NCBI GenBank assembly: GCA_051942205.1
Contig: JAVECO010000152.1
Coordinates: 1-58,305, forward strand
Direction: 5' to 3'
DNA length: 58,305 bases
DNA from: Coniocarpon cinnabarinum
Taxonomy: Eukaryota
Of the stretch, positions 10,281 through 22,904 are shown piece after piece. The notes beneath the pieces are model-generated. The model made no database searches. It had not been told where the DNA came from and saw only the letters and a list, made by a program, of their open reading frames with translations. Numbering within the stretch: position 1 is the first letter of the stretch; every line of letters begins with the position of its first letter. Made by a program: the position numbers and the translations under genes.

Positions 10281-11327
10281 CGTGGTCACGAAGGGGTCTT
10301 CAAACGGCCACGAATGAGAGAAGGAGGAGGAGAAGCAGAATAGCAGGACGAAGAGAAGGAGAGCAATAACCAAGAGAAGAGAAAAGAGGCGAGAAGAGCA
10401 GCAGTCGAAGCAAAACTTTGAAGATAGGGAGACGGAAGAAGAGTAACTTCAGCAGTTTCGAAAGTCAGAAACGTAACAAGGCTTATTCATAATCTATTCG
10501 TCATCATACAAAAAAACAAGCAAGAATGCAACTCTGACTAAATCTTCCATCCCTCGCTCTCGTCACTCCTGTGACCTCTTCGTCTCCAATCCTGGCCAGA
10601 ATGTGGCCACTTGACATCAAGTGATTCTGTGGCTTTCGCAATAGCCAGAGCCAGCTAGTCCCGTGTCTCTTCGAGAGAGGTGGCCGGCTGTGAGATGCTG
10701 CCATCGCCGAGATAGTGAACTATCCCATTGTCAAGCACTGAAAGCTATGCTGGGCCATCCGACTTTGAGCACAGCCAATGACTATTTCAGCAAGGCTGTC
10801 AAGCTCAGCCGGTCAGTTGTGGTGCCGAGGATCTTTCTCCCAGTACAACCAATGTAGTGAGTTCTTGGCGCCGGTGATATGGATGTCAAGCTGAGGCTGA
10901 AGGGCGGATGAGAGACTTTCTTGTAGTCGACAGTCATGTGGGAGACGAAGTCTAATCTATGCCTTTGTTCCTCGAGACATCGATGGCATAGACAGCGACC
11001 GCTGAGCGGTTCCGATGTCCCAGTGTTGACTACCGAGGTCCTGCCAGTGGTCTCCAGCTGAGAAGGAGTCGACGTGGCTACAGTGAAGCGCAGTGCGCTC
11101 CCAGGCCATTTTTGGAACAAAAGTAGCGCAGGCATGAAAAGTGCCATGCACCGCGACGATGAGTTTTGGAAACTCACTGTTCAGACATGGTCTTTCAGGG
11201 CCTTGATGGCACTCTGCAGTTGAGGAATTGCAGACTCGGCTGCAGAGAAGCGCAATGCACTTCCAAGTTCAGCCCTTCTGGAGTAGAAATGCGCAAGCAT
11301 CAAGCGTACAAAGCGATCTCAGAAGCC

Positions 11328-12458
11328 TCAGGAATTCACGGTCTCCGAGCCGTCAGCATAAGACGCGCGTTTCAAGGTGCTGCTTCGCGAGGTATCCCTC
11401 GTCATCGAGTATCTCTTGAGCGTATTCGGCATAGGCATGCCAGTTGCATAGATATAAGGCGTCCTTCCCACGTTGAGGATCGCTTCATGCATCGAAGACC
11501 GATTCGACGATGAAAAACTGGGTATAGCGGGCAAGAGAATGCCCTGTGCGGTTTCAACGAGTTCGAGGTCCACGTCCTCGAAGTCTTGTTGGTCGAAGGG
11601 GTAGTCGTCTGAGGAATCGGGAGATTCTTTGCCCTCATTTGAGCTTTCAGGGTTTGTGTGTATCAGATCAGGGACTGCGCTGGATGAGGCCTCGCTGTTG
11701 TCTGAGTTGCCTCGAGAAAGATGTGACTGTTGTGGTTGGGAAGAACGCTGATCGCTTGCTGGGTTCTCTTGCGGCACGTCGGTCTGGTCAGTATCATTGT
11801 GTGTTGCAGGCTTCTCAGTCACACTTTGAGAGTGATGTTCTTCTTTCGTACTGGACCAGCGCCTCTTCTCATCATTGTCTCCATTTAAAGGCCAGTTGGC
11901 ACCGCGCGCATCATCAGCAGAGCAAGCAGTGTTATTCTTGCTGAGGGTTTGCAGCTCGGTCTTGGGGCTATCACTGGAGGGCGCGGCGCTCGCAGAGGCA
12001 TCAGAACTTCTCACTTCCGAAGCGCTCGTGGGAGGTGGACTTTGGGGACCCTTTGCGACAATGCCCATGTTGCGACGCGCCAAAGCACCAACCAAGTCCG
12101 CCGTGATTTCGCATTTGGGTTCTTCTCGAGGAATGTGCTGCAGCTTGTTCGGCTGCGCCTTGGGCGGCGGATGTGCAGCTCTCCACTTCTGGACCTTGTC
12201 TCGTTCGTACTGTCCGACTTCTTTATATGCGCCTGAGGCAAGGCAGTCCGCAAGGAACGGCTCCGGCGGTGCTACTGCCTGTGGCTTTGTCATGATATCG
12301 TCGACCTTGACGTGTGCCTTTTGCGCATCCAAACCCTTCTTGGTTATCTTAATCCTGCGCCTTTCGGCGATCTTCTTCTGTCTGTGCGCATTGGTGTCGA
12401 TGCATGGTACGCATAGAGCTAGCCATGCGACGACGCAGTTGTAGAGATTCTTGTACAT
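11328..12458 (-). CDS. Hypothetical protein (376 aa, largely low-complexity/disordered)
   Basis: Long ATG-initiated ORF rich in S/P/E/D. No family recognised. Confidence 0.6.
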   Translation of the reverse strand: MYKNLYNCVVAWLALCVPCIDTNAHRQKKIAERRRIKITKKGLDAQKAHVKVDDIMTKPQAVAPPEPFLADCLASGAYKEVGQYERDKVQKWRAAHPPPKAQPNKLQHIPREEPKCEITADLVGALARRNMGIVAKGPQSPPPTSASEVRSSDASASAAPSSDSPKTELQTLSKNNTACSADDARGANWPLNGDNDEKRRWSSTKEEHHSQSVTEKPATHNDTDQTDVPQENPASDQRSSQPQQSHLSRGNSDNSEASSSAVPDLIHTNPESSNEGKESPDSSDDYPFDQQDFEDVDLELVETAQGILLPAIPSFSSSNRSSMHEAILNVGRTPYIYATGMPMPNTLKRYSMTRDTSRSSTLKRASYADGSETVNS

Positions 12459-13194
12459 CGCAGAGGCCTCTGCGAAAGCGATCGATCAAAAGAAATGCTG
12501 GCTGTCATCAGTGTGTGGCAACGCCAAATTGTCAATGCATGGTGTGGGGAGATGTATGGGGTACGAATGTGCAGGTCGCGAAAGTGAACATGTCAAAGGG
12601 GCGGCGTAGATGTTCATGCTTGTTCTGTAAATTCAGACTTGCTCCAGAAACTGGCGAATTCTGTCCATTTTCGCATCAAGTAAATGGCCAGATGGCCGAA
12701 ATGATGAAACCGTGGGTTGCTCCCGCCATGTGGTGACCTTTCGGCCCCATTCTGGACACATCGGATGTGGTGGTCAAAACTCTCCAGAGGCCACGTTGAC
12801 AAGAATAAAAGGACCCTTGCACCAAGGCGGAATCCACTATGGCTTTAAGCCCTCGTGTTGTTATAATCTGAGAGCTGTGGCCCCAGAACTGGTCTTGCAA
12901 TGCTCTGCTTGCGCTGTGACTGATGTGTTCACAAAGCTGACCAGCTTCCTTCCGAAAATACTGTGAACGTGTCAGTTTCAAGAGATCCTTCGAAGCCAGT
13001 GGATTTTGGAAACTTTTTGTGGTGCCACGCATAAGGGTGTGAAATTCCATTGCGACTGAGAACAAGCAAGGAGAAAGATTGTGTGTTACACGCGCTTCAG
13101 TTATGTAGCTCGCAGCCTGTACACTTCTTGGCCTGTCAAGTCAATACAAACTCCAGGCGCATCATCCTGACGTTGCCAATTCTGCAGCACGGGC

Positions 13195-13790
13195 TCAGTC
13201 CTCGGCCTGTCCTGAAGGTCGCCTGAACGCTTCTGCTCGAGCCTCCAGATCTTGCGTCTGCGCGCCAGGTGCTTGCAGACTCTCCGCTCTCGCTTTCAAG
13301 TCGCGGTTGAATGCCTCAAAGTTCTTTTTCGTGTTCTTGCCCATACTCCAGTTCTCGCCCAATAAGAACGATAATAAGCCCGTGAACACCTCCTGTTGCA
13401 CCACGAGCGTCTGCCCCGGTGTAGTTTCCGAGGATTGAAATCTCCACGAGTGCTCGCCGGTGAAGAGCAAAGGCACCGACCCTTGCCATTTGAACTCTTC
13501 TTCTGTGTTACCGGTGATTTTGGACGAGAACTTCATGTTGGTGAGTTCCACATCCACCGTGTCGCCGACTTGAAGCGTCTTGGGGTCCTTGCGATCTTTG
13601 GGGGAGACAGATTTTACGAAGGCATGGCTCCACTCGGAGTAGCTTGCGAAGTCGAGGAACTGCTAGATCGTTAGCTGTATGCACGTGTCCGAAATGTATC
13701 TCTCTGCGCAGGTACACAGGTTTAGCTTACCACATCGCGCACCTTTTCTGGTGGGACAGCGATCTCGATCTGAGTAGATACCGTCGGCAT
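13195..13790 (-). CDS. SRPBCC/START-like (polyketide cyclase/dehydrase-like) protein, 2 exons (13731-13790, 13195-13659)
   Basis: Spliced sequence MPTVSTQIEIAVPPEKVRDVFLDFASYSEW...EEFKWQGSVPLLFTGEHSWRF...TLVVQQEVFTGLL...FEAFNRDLKARAE. Intron gtaagc..ctaac..cag at 13660-13730. Confidence 0.85.
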
Positions 13791-14634
13791 GGTGGATGAT
13801 TAGCGGCTGCGTTGTAGTCGTGCCTAAACAGCAAGCGCCAGCTTAAATGTTAGATGGCATGCATGAGCTCCCCTGAGAGATGATGTATTCATAATGCCGA
13901 GCGAGGGCTGGAACCAAGCTTCGTTCCTTGCCGCTCTCAGCTGCAATATCCCTCGGCCGCTTGCAGTAAGCGCTTACATCACCGTCCAGGCCAGAGCCTC
14001 GAACTGCTAGAGGAAAATCCCGGCTCTGATCGGCAGCCAGACAAGACTCCAAAGCTGGCGCATGCTGTGATCCAATTGATGTGGATTTGCATCGAGTCCC
14101 ACACGCATCTTCACGGCATCGCTGCCCTGCCTTCTCCCGTCACACAGACAGCGGAGCCAGCGCTCCACACGGAAGATTGCATAGGCACGAAGCGGGCAAA
14201 CTTCGACGTACAGCAAAGCGAACGAGGCATGCAAAGTGCTCTAAATGGCGACCAGATTTGAGTATGTCGTGCGACGCTGTACGGAGGAGCGCGGCCGAGA
14301 GGGCAAAGTCGGAGCAACTCTTGACGCCAAGACCACTCCCAAGCGTTCATGACGGGAAGATGCAGACTGGATCATGATTTGGCGGTGCGTAAAGAGCACC
14401 ACTGGTTGGAGCACGTACGGCGAACGATATAAGAAGTGCCTACGTGACAGTCCGTCGTAAAGTAGCCCATACAGTAAACAGACGAGTAGTATACTGGTCA
14501 ATTTTACCTGGGTGTCGCCTTTGTTCTCTTCTAACAAAGGCAACTCACTCGATGTGAGAGTGACATATGTGCTCGCGTTATTGCTCGTGTATAAAGAAAG
14601 CATCTTGGCCTTCATCGCTATTCTGTGCACGGGG

Positions 14635-15305
14635 ATGGCACACGTCCTAGCCGCCCACGAGGCGTATCTGATAACTGTGCGCAAGATTGAAGAGACTTTG
14701 CTGCGGATGGTAGGAGCGACCCTGGCAACTGAAGGATGAAGACTGAAGCGATCCAGTACTATGCTGTCGACACGAAGGACTTTGATATCCTGACTGATCG
14801 AGTTTGGGGTGAGTGTGACGACGCCGGGTTCCCACGGTCTGCTAACGAGCCTTGGACAGCGGACGAAGTGAAGACAGACTATTCTGCGCTCTTTGGAACC
14901 GAGCCGCGAGCCCGTACAGCGGCGGAGCAGACAGCTCATTTCAAGACTGTCATGGAGAAGATGGATGCCACACAGCATCTGATCACGTTGGTTGCCCTGA
15001 TATACATACAAATTCGGGAATGGACTAACCTTCGTTGCAGTGGTATCCTTCCGCTGGATCTGGATTGGTCGCCAAAGTCGTCGACGATCATCGACAGAGA
15101 CAGCGTGACAGTTCACGCTAATGTTCAGGCGTGGCTGCGTAAGCGTACTGCCGATGGTGAAACCATAGAAACGAGGAATGGCTGTCGGGGTGAATTCGCT
15201 TTAAGCAGGCTCGGCTCCGGACTCGATGCCCAGTGGCGAGTCCGATGGTACAAGGTCTTTCCCGGATACGACATCAATGGCAAAGAATTTTGGAAGGCAT
15301 GCTGA
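14635..15305 (+). CDS. SnoaL-like / NTF2-fold protein, 4 exons (14635-14709, 14757-14808, 14860-14986, 15041-15305), 172 aa
   Basis: Spliced sequence IEETLLRMYYAVDTKDFDILTDRVWADEVKTDYSALFG...MDATQHLITG...WRVRWYKV fits the SnoaL_4-type pattern. Three GT-AG introns. TATAAA at about 14590. Confidence 0.78.
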
Positions 15306-15366
15306 TCGCCTGCGCATGTTTCGAGGCAATAGAAATGGGCGTCTAAGTTCAGAGTCTGTGACGCTG

Positions 15367-17945
15367 CTAGCGATTCAGATTGAACAGGGACTCGACATAT
15401 CTCCGAGGGTCGACACTAACTCTGTCCTTCATCGTTCCTGTCTGCGAAGATGAGGCTGAATCGGGTGCATCTTTTGGAGCGCTGTCTCCGCTGCTACTGT
15501 TTCGTCCAATGAATCTGCTTAGGCCGAATGCTTGTGGAGCGCTGCCCACTGATGTCTGTCGGGAAGTCACTTCTGCGTGGTGCTGACTTTGTGTTATTGC
15601 TTGTTTTGTATATTTTCGAATTAGTATTGCTTCACGCCTGGGAAAAGAATCATTGCTGCTCTCGTCATTTATTGACATCGGCTCTTGACTTTGGATGTCA
15701 TCAGACGACACTCGCTGCTGCAACCACAAAATCCACCAATCTCGTTGCGTCCTCACACTAGATTCATGCACTCCTCTATGAGCATGTGCCTCAGAAAGTA
15801 AAGCCAAAGCCTGCGTATGCACATTGAGCGCTTCCAGGCGTGTCCAAGGCCCACTGTCATCTCGAGCCCCGGTGAGATGATCAATCGTGCCCGGTATGTC
15901 AGGTATTGAGGAGCGGAGAGAGCTGTTTGACGTGTCAAAGACCAGATCATAGACTGGCGAGTCGAAGTTTCGCTCGGGATTTGTTGAAACCAGACGTTCT
16001 GCGACTCGCTGTGGAGATGTTGTTGCTTCCATAGCTTTGTACAAGGCTCGGAATTGACGATGCAATGTGTGGTAGAATGAGGTCATGGCTAAGGATGGTG
16101 TCGTGGTATCAAAAAGCAGTGCATAAAGAAAAGGTTCATCCTGAATCCATTTAGCATCGTGCTGACACGTGCGAACCCGCTGGGCATTACCTTGTATAGA
16201 AGTACGCGTAGTCGATTTTTCTGTTTTGAACGTCGCTCGCTTGCAGGCTGCCTTGTTTTGCTCTCGTCTCCATTCGTCGGGTGGGAGTGCTCAGCTGCAT
16301 TGTCAGGCGGGCTGTAGGTCTCCGTGTATATTGTCCTCACTGAAACACGATTACCGTCGAGGTGCTCGTCAGTCGTTTCTGATGCAGCGTTTGAAGGTTC
16401 GTCAAGGACACCAGTCAAACCGATCAGAAACTCCCCCCGGTTCTTAACTGCTTTCTTGGTCAATGCGTCTCCAGCGCCGTCGGTCCGCGTAGAGGCGTTT
16501 TCCGAGCCTGGTACAGGGTTTTGGGTCCCCAATAGACCCCAAGATGAGCCGTACCCGAGCTTGAGAATTTTGCCCCAGTCCCCGTATGAAGACTTGCGAT
16601 TGCTTGGTGCTGTTGCTGTCTTTTCTAAGCTGGCTCTGGCTGCAGATGGAGGTGCAGCTTCAGCATCTGCCGTTGCTTTGTCAAGTGACTCCTCAATAAC
16701 AGACACGACTGAGGGCGGAATCGCTGGCCGAGTTTGCTCTGAGGGCTGCTGATCTACAGTATGGCTTGACCTTCTGCTGAAGCTATGTGACCTTTGGTCG
16801 TGTGAGATGCGGCGTAGGTTCTGGGACTTGGCCGTGTTCTTTCGCTGAGACTTTGCACGCGTAGACGAGGGACTTTCCTGAACGCCATATGCAGTAGACG
16901 GGAAATCAGCAGCATGCTGCATCCACTCCGACAGAGTCACAACGCTCATTGGAGTCAATGCGCCTGAGCCTAAAAATACAATACCGCGAGCAAGGTTCTT
17001 TGCGTGCCTCCGACGTCCATTTGAAGGGCTATCCTTTTCGTTGTGTTCCTTCTGCTCTCTCGAATCCGAGCGCAGAACAAGCAGATCCACCAAACCTTCA
17101 GTACCCTCGATAACGCCTTCTAAGAAGCCTCGTTCAGCGCTGCCCCACTCTTCCTCACCAACACCTACGCCGAGTTCGCCTGCAGCTGCGAGTCTGCTAG
17201 AGGTGAATGCATCACAAAGCGGATTGCCGTGCAACAAGACGTCCCATGTTTTAGCAAATTGGGACCAGTATATGTCCAGCAAACCGCAGAACTTGGCACG
17301 TGGCAGGCGCCTGTATATCTCGCCCAGACTGTACCCATGGTGCAGCAGGAAGATGCGATTGGCACGAAGTAGCTGCTCCCGTAGCAGGTTCGGTGGACTG
17401 ACCTCTCTTGAGGAATACTCATATAGTGGAGCGTCCTGCGCGTCTTGGCCAACCTGGTTCGACCTCAGATTCGCGGGAATCTGAGTCAGACAGATGGACT
17501 AGGGTCGAGTCAGCTACTACTCTCGAGCGGTCAGGAGGTGCTTATACAGCAAGAATCCACCACTCCGGCTCCAGCTGTTTCAGAACTACCCGATGTCTTT
17601 CCGTCTCGATCGAATCGATGTCCTGTCCTCCCCCAAAGGTCCTGCTCTCGTGAGAAATATCCAACAAAGGTTCGCGATTGCCGCACTCTACCGTGCGAAG
17701 TTGACCATGCCTCGAGCAAGGCCGATCTGCCGCATACGCTCATTTTCATTTTGCTCTTGCTGTCGTGCAAGCAGCTCAGAGTTCTGAATTCTTTTGTCTT
17801 TGCGAGTACCCTTTGGCCTCGACCAGTAAAATAAAATCTGGTCCTTCTCGAAGTCCTCGTTCTTTACCAACGCAGGGTTGAATATAGCAAGAAAGTCAAG
17901 ATGCGCCGGAATTATGTCGCCGTTCACTCCATCCGCGTGCGCCAT
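15367..17945 (-). CDS. CCZ1: Vacuolar fusion protein Ccz1 (Mon1-Ccz1 GEF subunit), 4 exons
   Basis: N-terminal IPAHLDFLAIFNP..QILFY..ERMRQIGLARGMVNFAR, internal EYSSREVSPP..LLRANRIFLLHHG and WGSAERGFLE, C-terminal VDPRRYVESLFNLNR. Three introns join the ORF fragments. Confidence 0.92.
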
Positions 17946-18543
17946 GATTGTTGCTCTATCCTGAGCCTGACCCAGAGTATTGATTTTTAGAGGCGAAAGT
18001 GCATTGTTTCTCGTTCACTAAGTCAAGCACCTGGTCGTTACTCGACGGCAAGGCCGATCATACCTGTTTTTGCCTTACTTGTAAGGACTAGATCTGACCT
18101 CACCTTGAACTGCTACGAACAATGATCAACATCGTGCCTATACAGAGTTAAGAACATTCTTAGACTGGTCGGCCGCTAGAAGAAATAAGATTCTAGCTGT
18201 GGCAGCTACGTGGGAGCTTGTTCAAATAATTCTATGTACTCTAATGTTGTATTTGCACGAAGTCAAGGAAGTTGGCAAAGCCTCGAATAGACTTCGTCAT
18301 TATAATGTGTAAGGCGTAAGTGTCTCGTGGAACTTGCAGCCGCTTTTGAATGTCGCTCTTAAGCAGCGTCAACCTTTTCCCAGGGTCGGTCTTCTTCTAC
18401 ACCCTTTGCGAGTTATTGAGATGGGTCCGTTTCCTGCTCGCACGGATCAAATGTGGTTCCGCGATCGAATATCCTATGGCGGCAGCGTGCGGCCAGGGAT
18501 CCTCCCTCCGCGCCACGATTTCGTCCGGGAAAGAGACCTTGAA

Positions 18544-19287
18544 TCACAGATGATTTCGTCTAGTATAGAATTCAATGGCCTCTTGGTCGTCCAGGCTGCG
18601 GATGCCTGAACGTCCAGCGAACATTGCCCAAAGTCGCTGGATGTCTGCGCCTTCGCGTCTGGCGCGCTGTTCATCGTACACTGCGCGCATGAGGTCCACT
18701 CGCAAGCTCATTTCAAGAGCTCTTTCGATCCAAGCCGGATCGCTTCGGCCTGCGTTTTCTTCAAGCATGGCCAAGCCATGTGAATACTGGCCCCAATCCT
18801 CGACCGATTTGTTGAATTGCGGTGCGGTTGGCATTGTGGAGATATCCAGTCTCCACGAGGATTGGCAGGTCGTTGCTGAGCGTTCGACTTCCTCCTTGAG
18901 GATCTCTGGTGTCAAAAAGAGGCTCAAGGCCAGTTCGTTGTAGGCTTGCCAGAGTTTCTCCTTGACGCAGTAGATGGTCTCGGCCCGACAGTGCTCGATC
19001 TCTGCTGTCTTTAGGGCGAGACTCACGAAGTCGTAGGCGGGAAGCGGCTCCCGTGTTAAATGCGGTCTGACCTCGTTGACACGCATGGACGCCGGTAAGA
19101 GAACTATGTACCGGATGCGGTCGTCTCCGCTTATTGGCTCCAGGCGCAACATTTGGCTAGTGTTGTGCGCCGCCTCGCTACCCTCATCTGGGGTAATATT
19201 AGGATCTGGCGAGGGCTTTGTTGGGGGTTGCGTAGGTGAGAACGGCGTAAACACTTTGAGCAACAGGTTCTCGCCCGTGCTCGTCAT
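18544..19287 (-). CDS. Hypothetical protein (about 247 aa from first ATG in good context, MTSTGEN)
   Basis: The open frame extends to 19464. Globular-looking composition, no family recognised, start uncertain. Confidence 0.55.
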   Translation of the reverse strand: MTSTGENLLLKVFTPFSPTQPPTKPSPDPNITPDEGSEAAHNTSQMLRLEPISGDDRIRYIVLLPASMRVNEVRPHLTREPLPAYDFVSLALKTAEIEHCRAETIYCVKEKLWQAYNELALSLFLTPEILKEEVERSATTCQSSWRLDISTMPTAPQFNKSVEDWGQYSHGLAMLEENAGRSDPAWIERALEMSLRVDLMRAVYDEQRARREGADIQRLWAMFAGRSGIRSLDDQEAIEFYTRRNHL

Positions 19288-19544
19288 GGTGGAGATGGTT
19301 GATGTTGTCTTTGAACGATGTTGGTACGATATCCTCTCGTGCATGTAGAGCTCGCACGACGAGGAGTGTATTTTCCAGCAAGAAACTGCACAGTATTGCG
19401 GTCGTCGTGGAGACTGACGCAGTTTGTCGAAAAGGCATGCACACGTGACGAAGGGTTTCGCCAAGGTGTAAAGCCAAAGGTGTCAGTCTGACAAACCTCC
19501 TTGAATGCTCTTTCTAGTGGTCTCCACCTCTCCAACCGACTTGC

Positions 19545-20397
19545 CTAGGACATGTCCATGGCTTCACCCCAATCCACACCTTCCGCCAAGGCATGTTCGA
19601 GCTCTTCGTCCTCAAAGCCATAACTCGGAGAGAAGGATCCATCTTCAACTTGTTGAGCAATAAGGGCGTCCATTTCGTCTCGCTCAGTAATAGCAAATGC
19701 GTCCACTTCATCGGTGGTGCTCTCCTGGGGAGCATGGTCCGTGCCCAAGGTGAAGGAGGTCCCTGAAGTTTGCATTTCGTCCCTCCAATGGTGATTTGGT
19801 TGCCGGCTGTGGTAGTCCCCAGTGGGTGACTGATAGATTAGCTCCTGAGACATCAACGCCGTATCTTGAGTGTCCTCCACGTAAGAGACGTGAGGTGCGT
19901 CGCGTGCGTGTTGATTTTCCCACTGTTTTTGCTCATCGAAGAACTTTTGTCTTGACATCTGGATCGCGTTAGCATAAACACGTAGCTGCAAAAGAACTAA
20001 CGGCATTTCGGACCTGATCAACTCTATGGTCCCACATTGCTTCGTCTCTCTTTTGCTTTACCTCATCAAGAAATTTCTGCCTCCTGGCATTGTTGCGGTC
20101 ATCAGCTGCTCGAACCAGAGGGTTTCGAGACTGGAGCCGGCGTTGAGGGGCACGAGGGTCAGTCCTACGTTTTGAAGGCCCGAAGTCACTGTAGCTGCCA
20201 CGAGAAGGCTCTGCAGAGTGGTGCTGGGAGTGGTGATGTAGCTGACGTTGCGGGGTCGTGGGTGCTCTGGGAGGCGAGGAAAGAAACGGCTTCGGCGACA
20301 TTGCCGAGGGCGGAGAAGTCTGAATGTTTGTTGACATTGGAGACAGCGGTGCTGCCGATGCTGGAGAAGGACGCGAAGGCGATGAAAGTAACAACAT
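19545..20397 (-). CDS. Hypothetical protein, 2 exons (intron 19959-20013)
   Basis: S/P-rich N-terminus, charged helix RRQKFLDEVKQKRDEAMWDHRVDQ|MSRQKFFDEQKQWE and an acidic tail. Intron gtccga..ctaac..cag joins ORFs 19969..20409 and 19545..20021 in frame. Confidence 0.7.
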
Positions 20398-20952
20398 GAT
20401 GGTTGTCACGGATCAGATGTGCAATGAAGAGAGAAAGGTGGGAGTGGCAGGTGTGGTCAAGAAAGAGAACGCGTAGAGCGAGCTTTGACGCGACTGGCAG
20501 GGGGGCATTTACATAATACCTTACATGACGTGATGGAGATTAATGATTGGATGAGAGGGGCAATCGAATGTCACTACATGGGGGGGAATGGTCGGGCGTT
20601 TGCCCCCAAAGTGCCGGGCATGCCGGGGCCATGGATGCCCCTCCGCTCGGGTGATGAGCGCAATTTCATCATTTTCACTTTGCCTACCTTCCGTTGGTCT
20701 TTCTTCCTCGTGTTCTGAACTCTTGAGCAACTGTACCGGTGGATTGTGCTGATTGTCAAAGGGAAATTGCATCCTCCCTCACACAATTTCATCAAGGATT
20801 CGATTGCTCACGTACGACCGGAGAGCGCTGTGCAAGTTTCGTTCCTTCTTGCCTTCCTTTACGCGATGAGACAATGGCTTGACACGTGTTGCGCAGACTC
20901 GAATTCGAAAGAGATGACTCGGACAATGTCGATTTGCATTGCGATGCACAAT

Positions 20953-22215
20953 TTAACGATTCTCGTCTACAACGTGCCCCCAATCATGATCTTCTCGACC
21001 GTACATCATGTCAGCCATCCACTCTCGAAGTCGGGCTCCGTATGAGTGGCTTGTGGGGAACTCCAAGTATCTCCCTTCATATTCCACCCCTACTATAGTG
21101 GACACGAAGTAGGCTGTACCGGCGACAAAGGCTTCAAGCAACCTCCCTTCCTTCAACGCCTCCTCCATTTCATCGATGCTGAAGTCTCTCTCCACGACTT
21201 GAATGTCTTGCAATCGCTCCCTGGCAATTTGTAAGAGGCTGCCCCGTGTGATTCCTTCGAGAATCAGCTCGCCGTCAATAGGAGCAGTGACAAGCTGTGC
21301 AGCCCCTTCTTTTGTGCGCCATACGATGAAAAAGTTGCTCGTTCCCGCTTCGGTGACGATGCGACGGCCATCGGGCCCTGGGAACAGCCATAGCACTTGG
21401 TTGAAGCCCTGCTCGCGAGCGATTTTGGTAAGTTTCAATGTTGGGCCATAGTTGGCGCCTAACTTTGCTGTACCAAATCCGCCTGGCCATGCGCGGATAG
21501 TATCTGCAGTGCTAGCGAGAAGCTTCAAGCCTCCTGGTTGCGAGTAATACTCTGCCATGAGGCTCATAAAGAAGATCAATTTGGCCTCTTTGGGCGCACC
21601 AACACCCACGCTTGGGTCGGTGCCGATAAGCGTTGGTCGCAAGTAAAGAAACGCGCCAGGCGCATTCTCGGGAAGCCACCGCGGGCCATCAGTGGCGCAA
21701 TGAGCCACAAGCAATTTCAGCCACTCTCCTGGATCGAATGACGGCAGCGAGATGCGCTCGGCCGACTTGGCCATTCGTCTGGCATTGAGCTCTGGTCGAA
21801 AGAGGCGCAGACGCCCATCGTAGCCACGATAGAGTTTCAATCCTTCGAAGCAAGTCGTGGCGTACTGCAGGACATTCGCTGAAGGCGATAGACCTATTTC
21901 GCCGTATGGTTGTAGTTGGGGAGCTGACCAGCCAGTTTGAGAGTTCCAATCAACGGTTATCACTGAGAACGTCAACCACACCAACTAGATACCAATAATG
22001 GAGAGCATACTGTGATCTGTAGCGGTCCGTTGAGCCCAATGCTCTGGTGAATTGAAAGCAGGTACGGGCTTTAATTGTTTTGCATATGTATACCGCAATA
22101 AGCTTGCATTGAGCTGTCCTTCGCCGAGTTTATGGTCTCCATTGATACTGATACTATGGTTTTGTGCCATATGCGTTTGTGTGTTCACGCCGTTTGATAC
22201 ACTGTCATGAGACAT
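20953..22215 (-). CDS. Branched-chain amino acid aminotransferase (class IV PLP), 2 exons (intron 21963-22010)
   Basis: TDHMITVDW..GWSAPQLQPY, LQYATTCFEGLK, LYLRPTLIG, RAWPGGFGTAKLGANY (PLP Lys), EAGTSNFF, ILEGITRGS and EAFVAGTA. Confidence 0.95.
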
Positions 22216-22904
22216 GGTCTGAGGACGGATGAAAGACTGACAGTACTCTCACAAAGCGAGTTGAAGATTGGATCACCAAGTTTGAAGTCACGGACGCCTG
22301 TGTATACCAACTACTGATCCGATTGTGATGAGGCGAAATTTGAGCGAGGCGGATGGGAATGAAGACAGCGCAGAAGCGTGCAGGAACAGATATGATCAGG
22401 GAAACCAGGAATCAAGCCAAGGGCGTGTATTTTGTTGTGGGGCATGTGAGTCAACTTTTATCAATAGTAGTTATGGTAGCTAGCATGGTGGGAGGCACCG
22501 ATATCGCAAACAGGTCTCTCCTGGATTCGCAAGTCGAGACATTCAATCGAGTTTTCTGAAGTTCATAGGCCATGCTGTCGGCTCTCCCAAGTCGCATTCG
22601 AGCTGTTAGACCAATTTCAAAGTCTGTATCGGGTCTGAAGCTGAGCTGCGAGGTTTCCGTAAACAGTAAATGGTGCCACGACGAGCAGCTTGCCAGTCAA
22701 GGGTGACGCAACGATTCGGCACTAGATGCAAGCGCCTTGCGAAATGAAAAAGATGCGGCTTTCACAGCCGTAAAGCCTGGGCTGTTTGCCGGACAGAGAT
22801 GAAGTAAGGACTATGGCGGACGTGACACTCCTTGAAATCCTACGTGGTAGACTCTTTTTGCGCCGACCCCCTGTTTCTCAGTGGCCTTGGCGTGCCATCT
22901 TTTA

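Noticed and set aside
10095..10373. Small secreted Pro-rich protein
   Set aside because: There is no ATG start. The apparent signal peptide and PLP repeats are the translation of purine-rich and GGT microsatellites.
14241..15116. 291-aa minus-strand ORF and the many other antisense or overlapping ORFs in the track
   Set aside because: They are shadows of real genes on the opposite strand or frame, with no motifs and mostly non-ATG starts.
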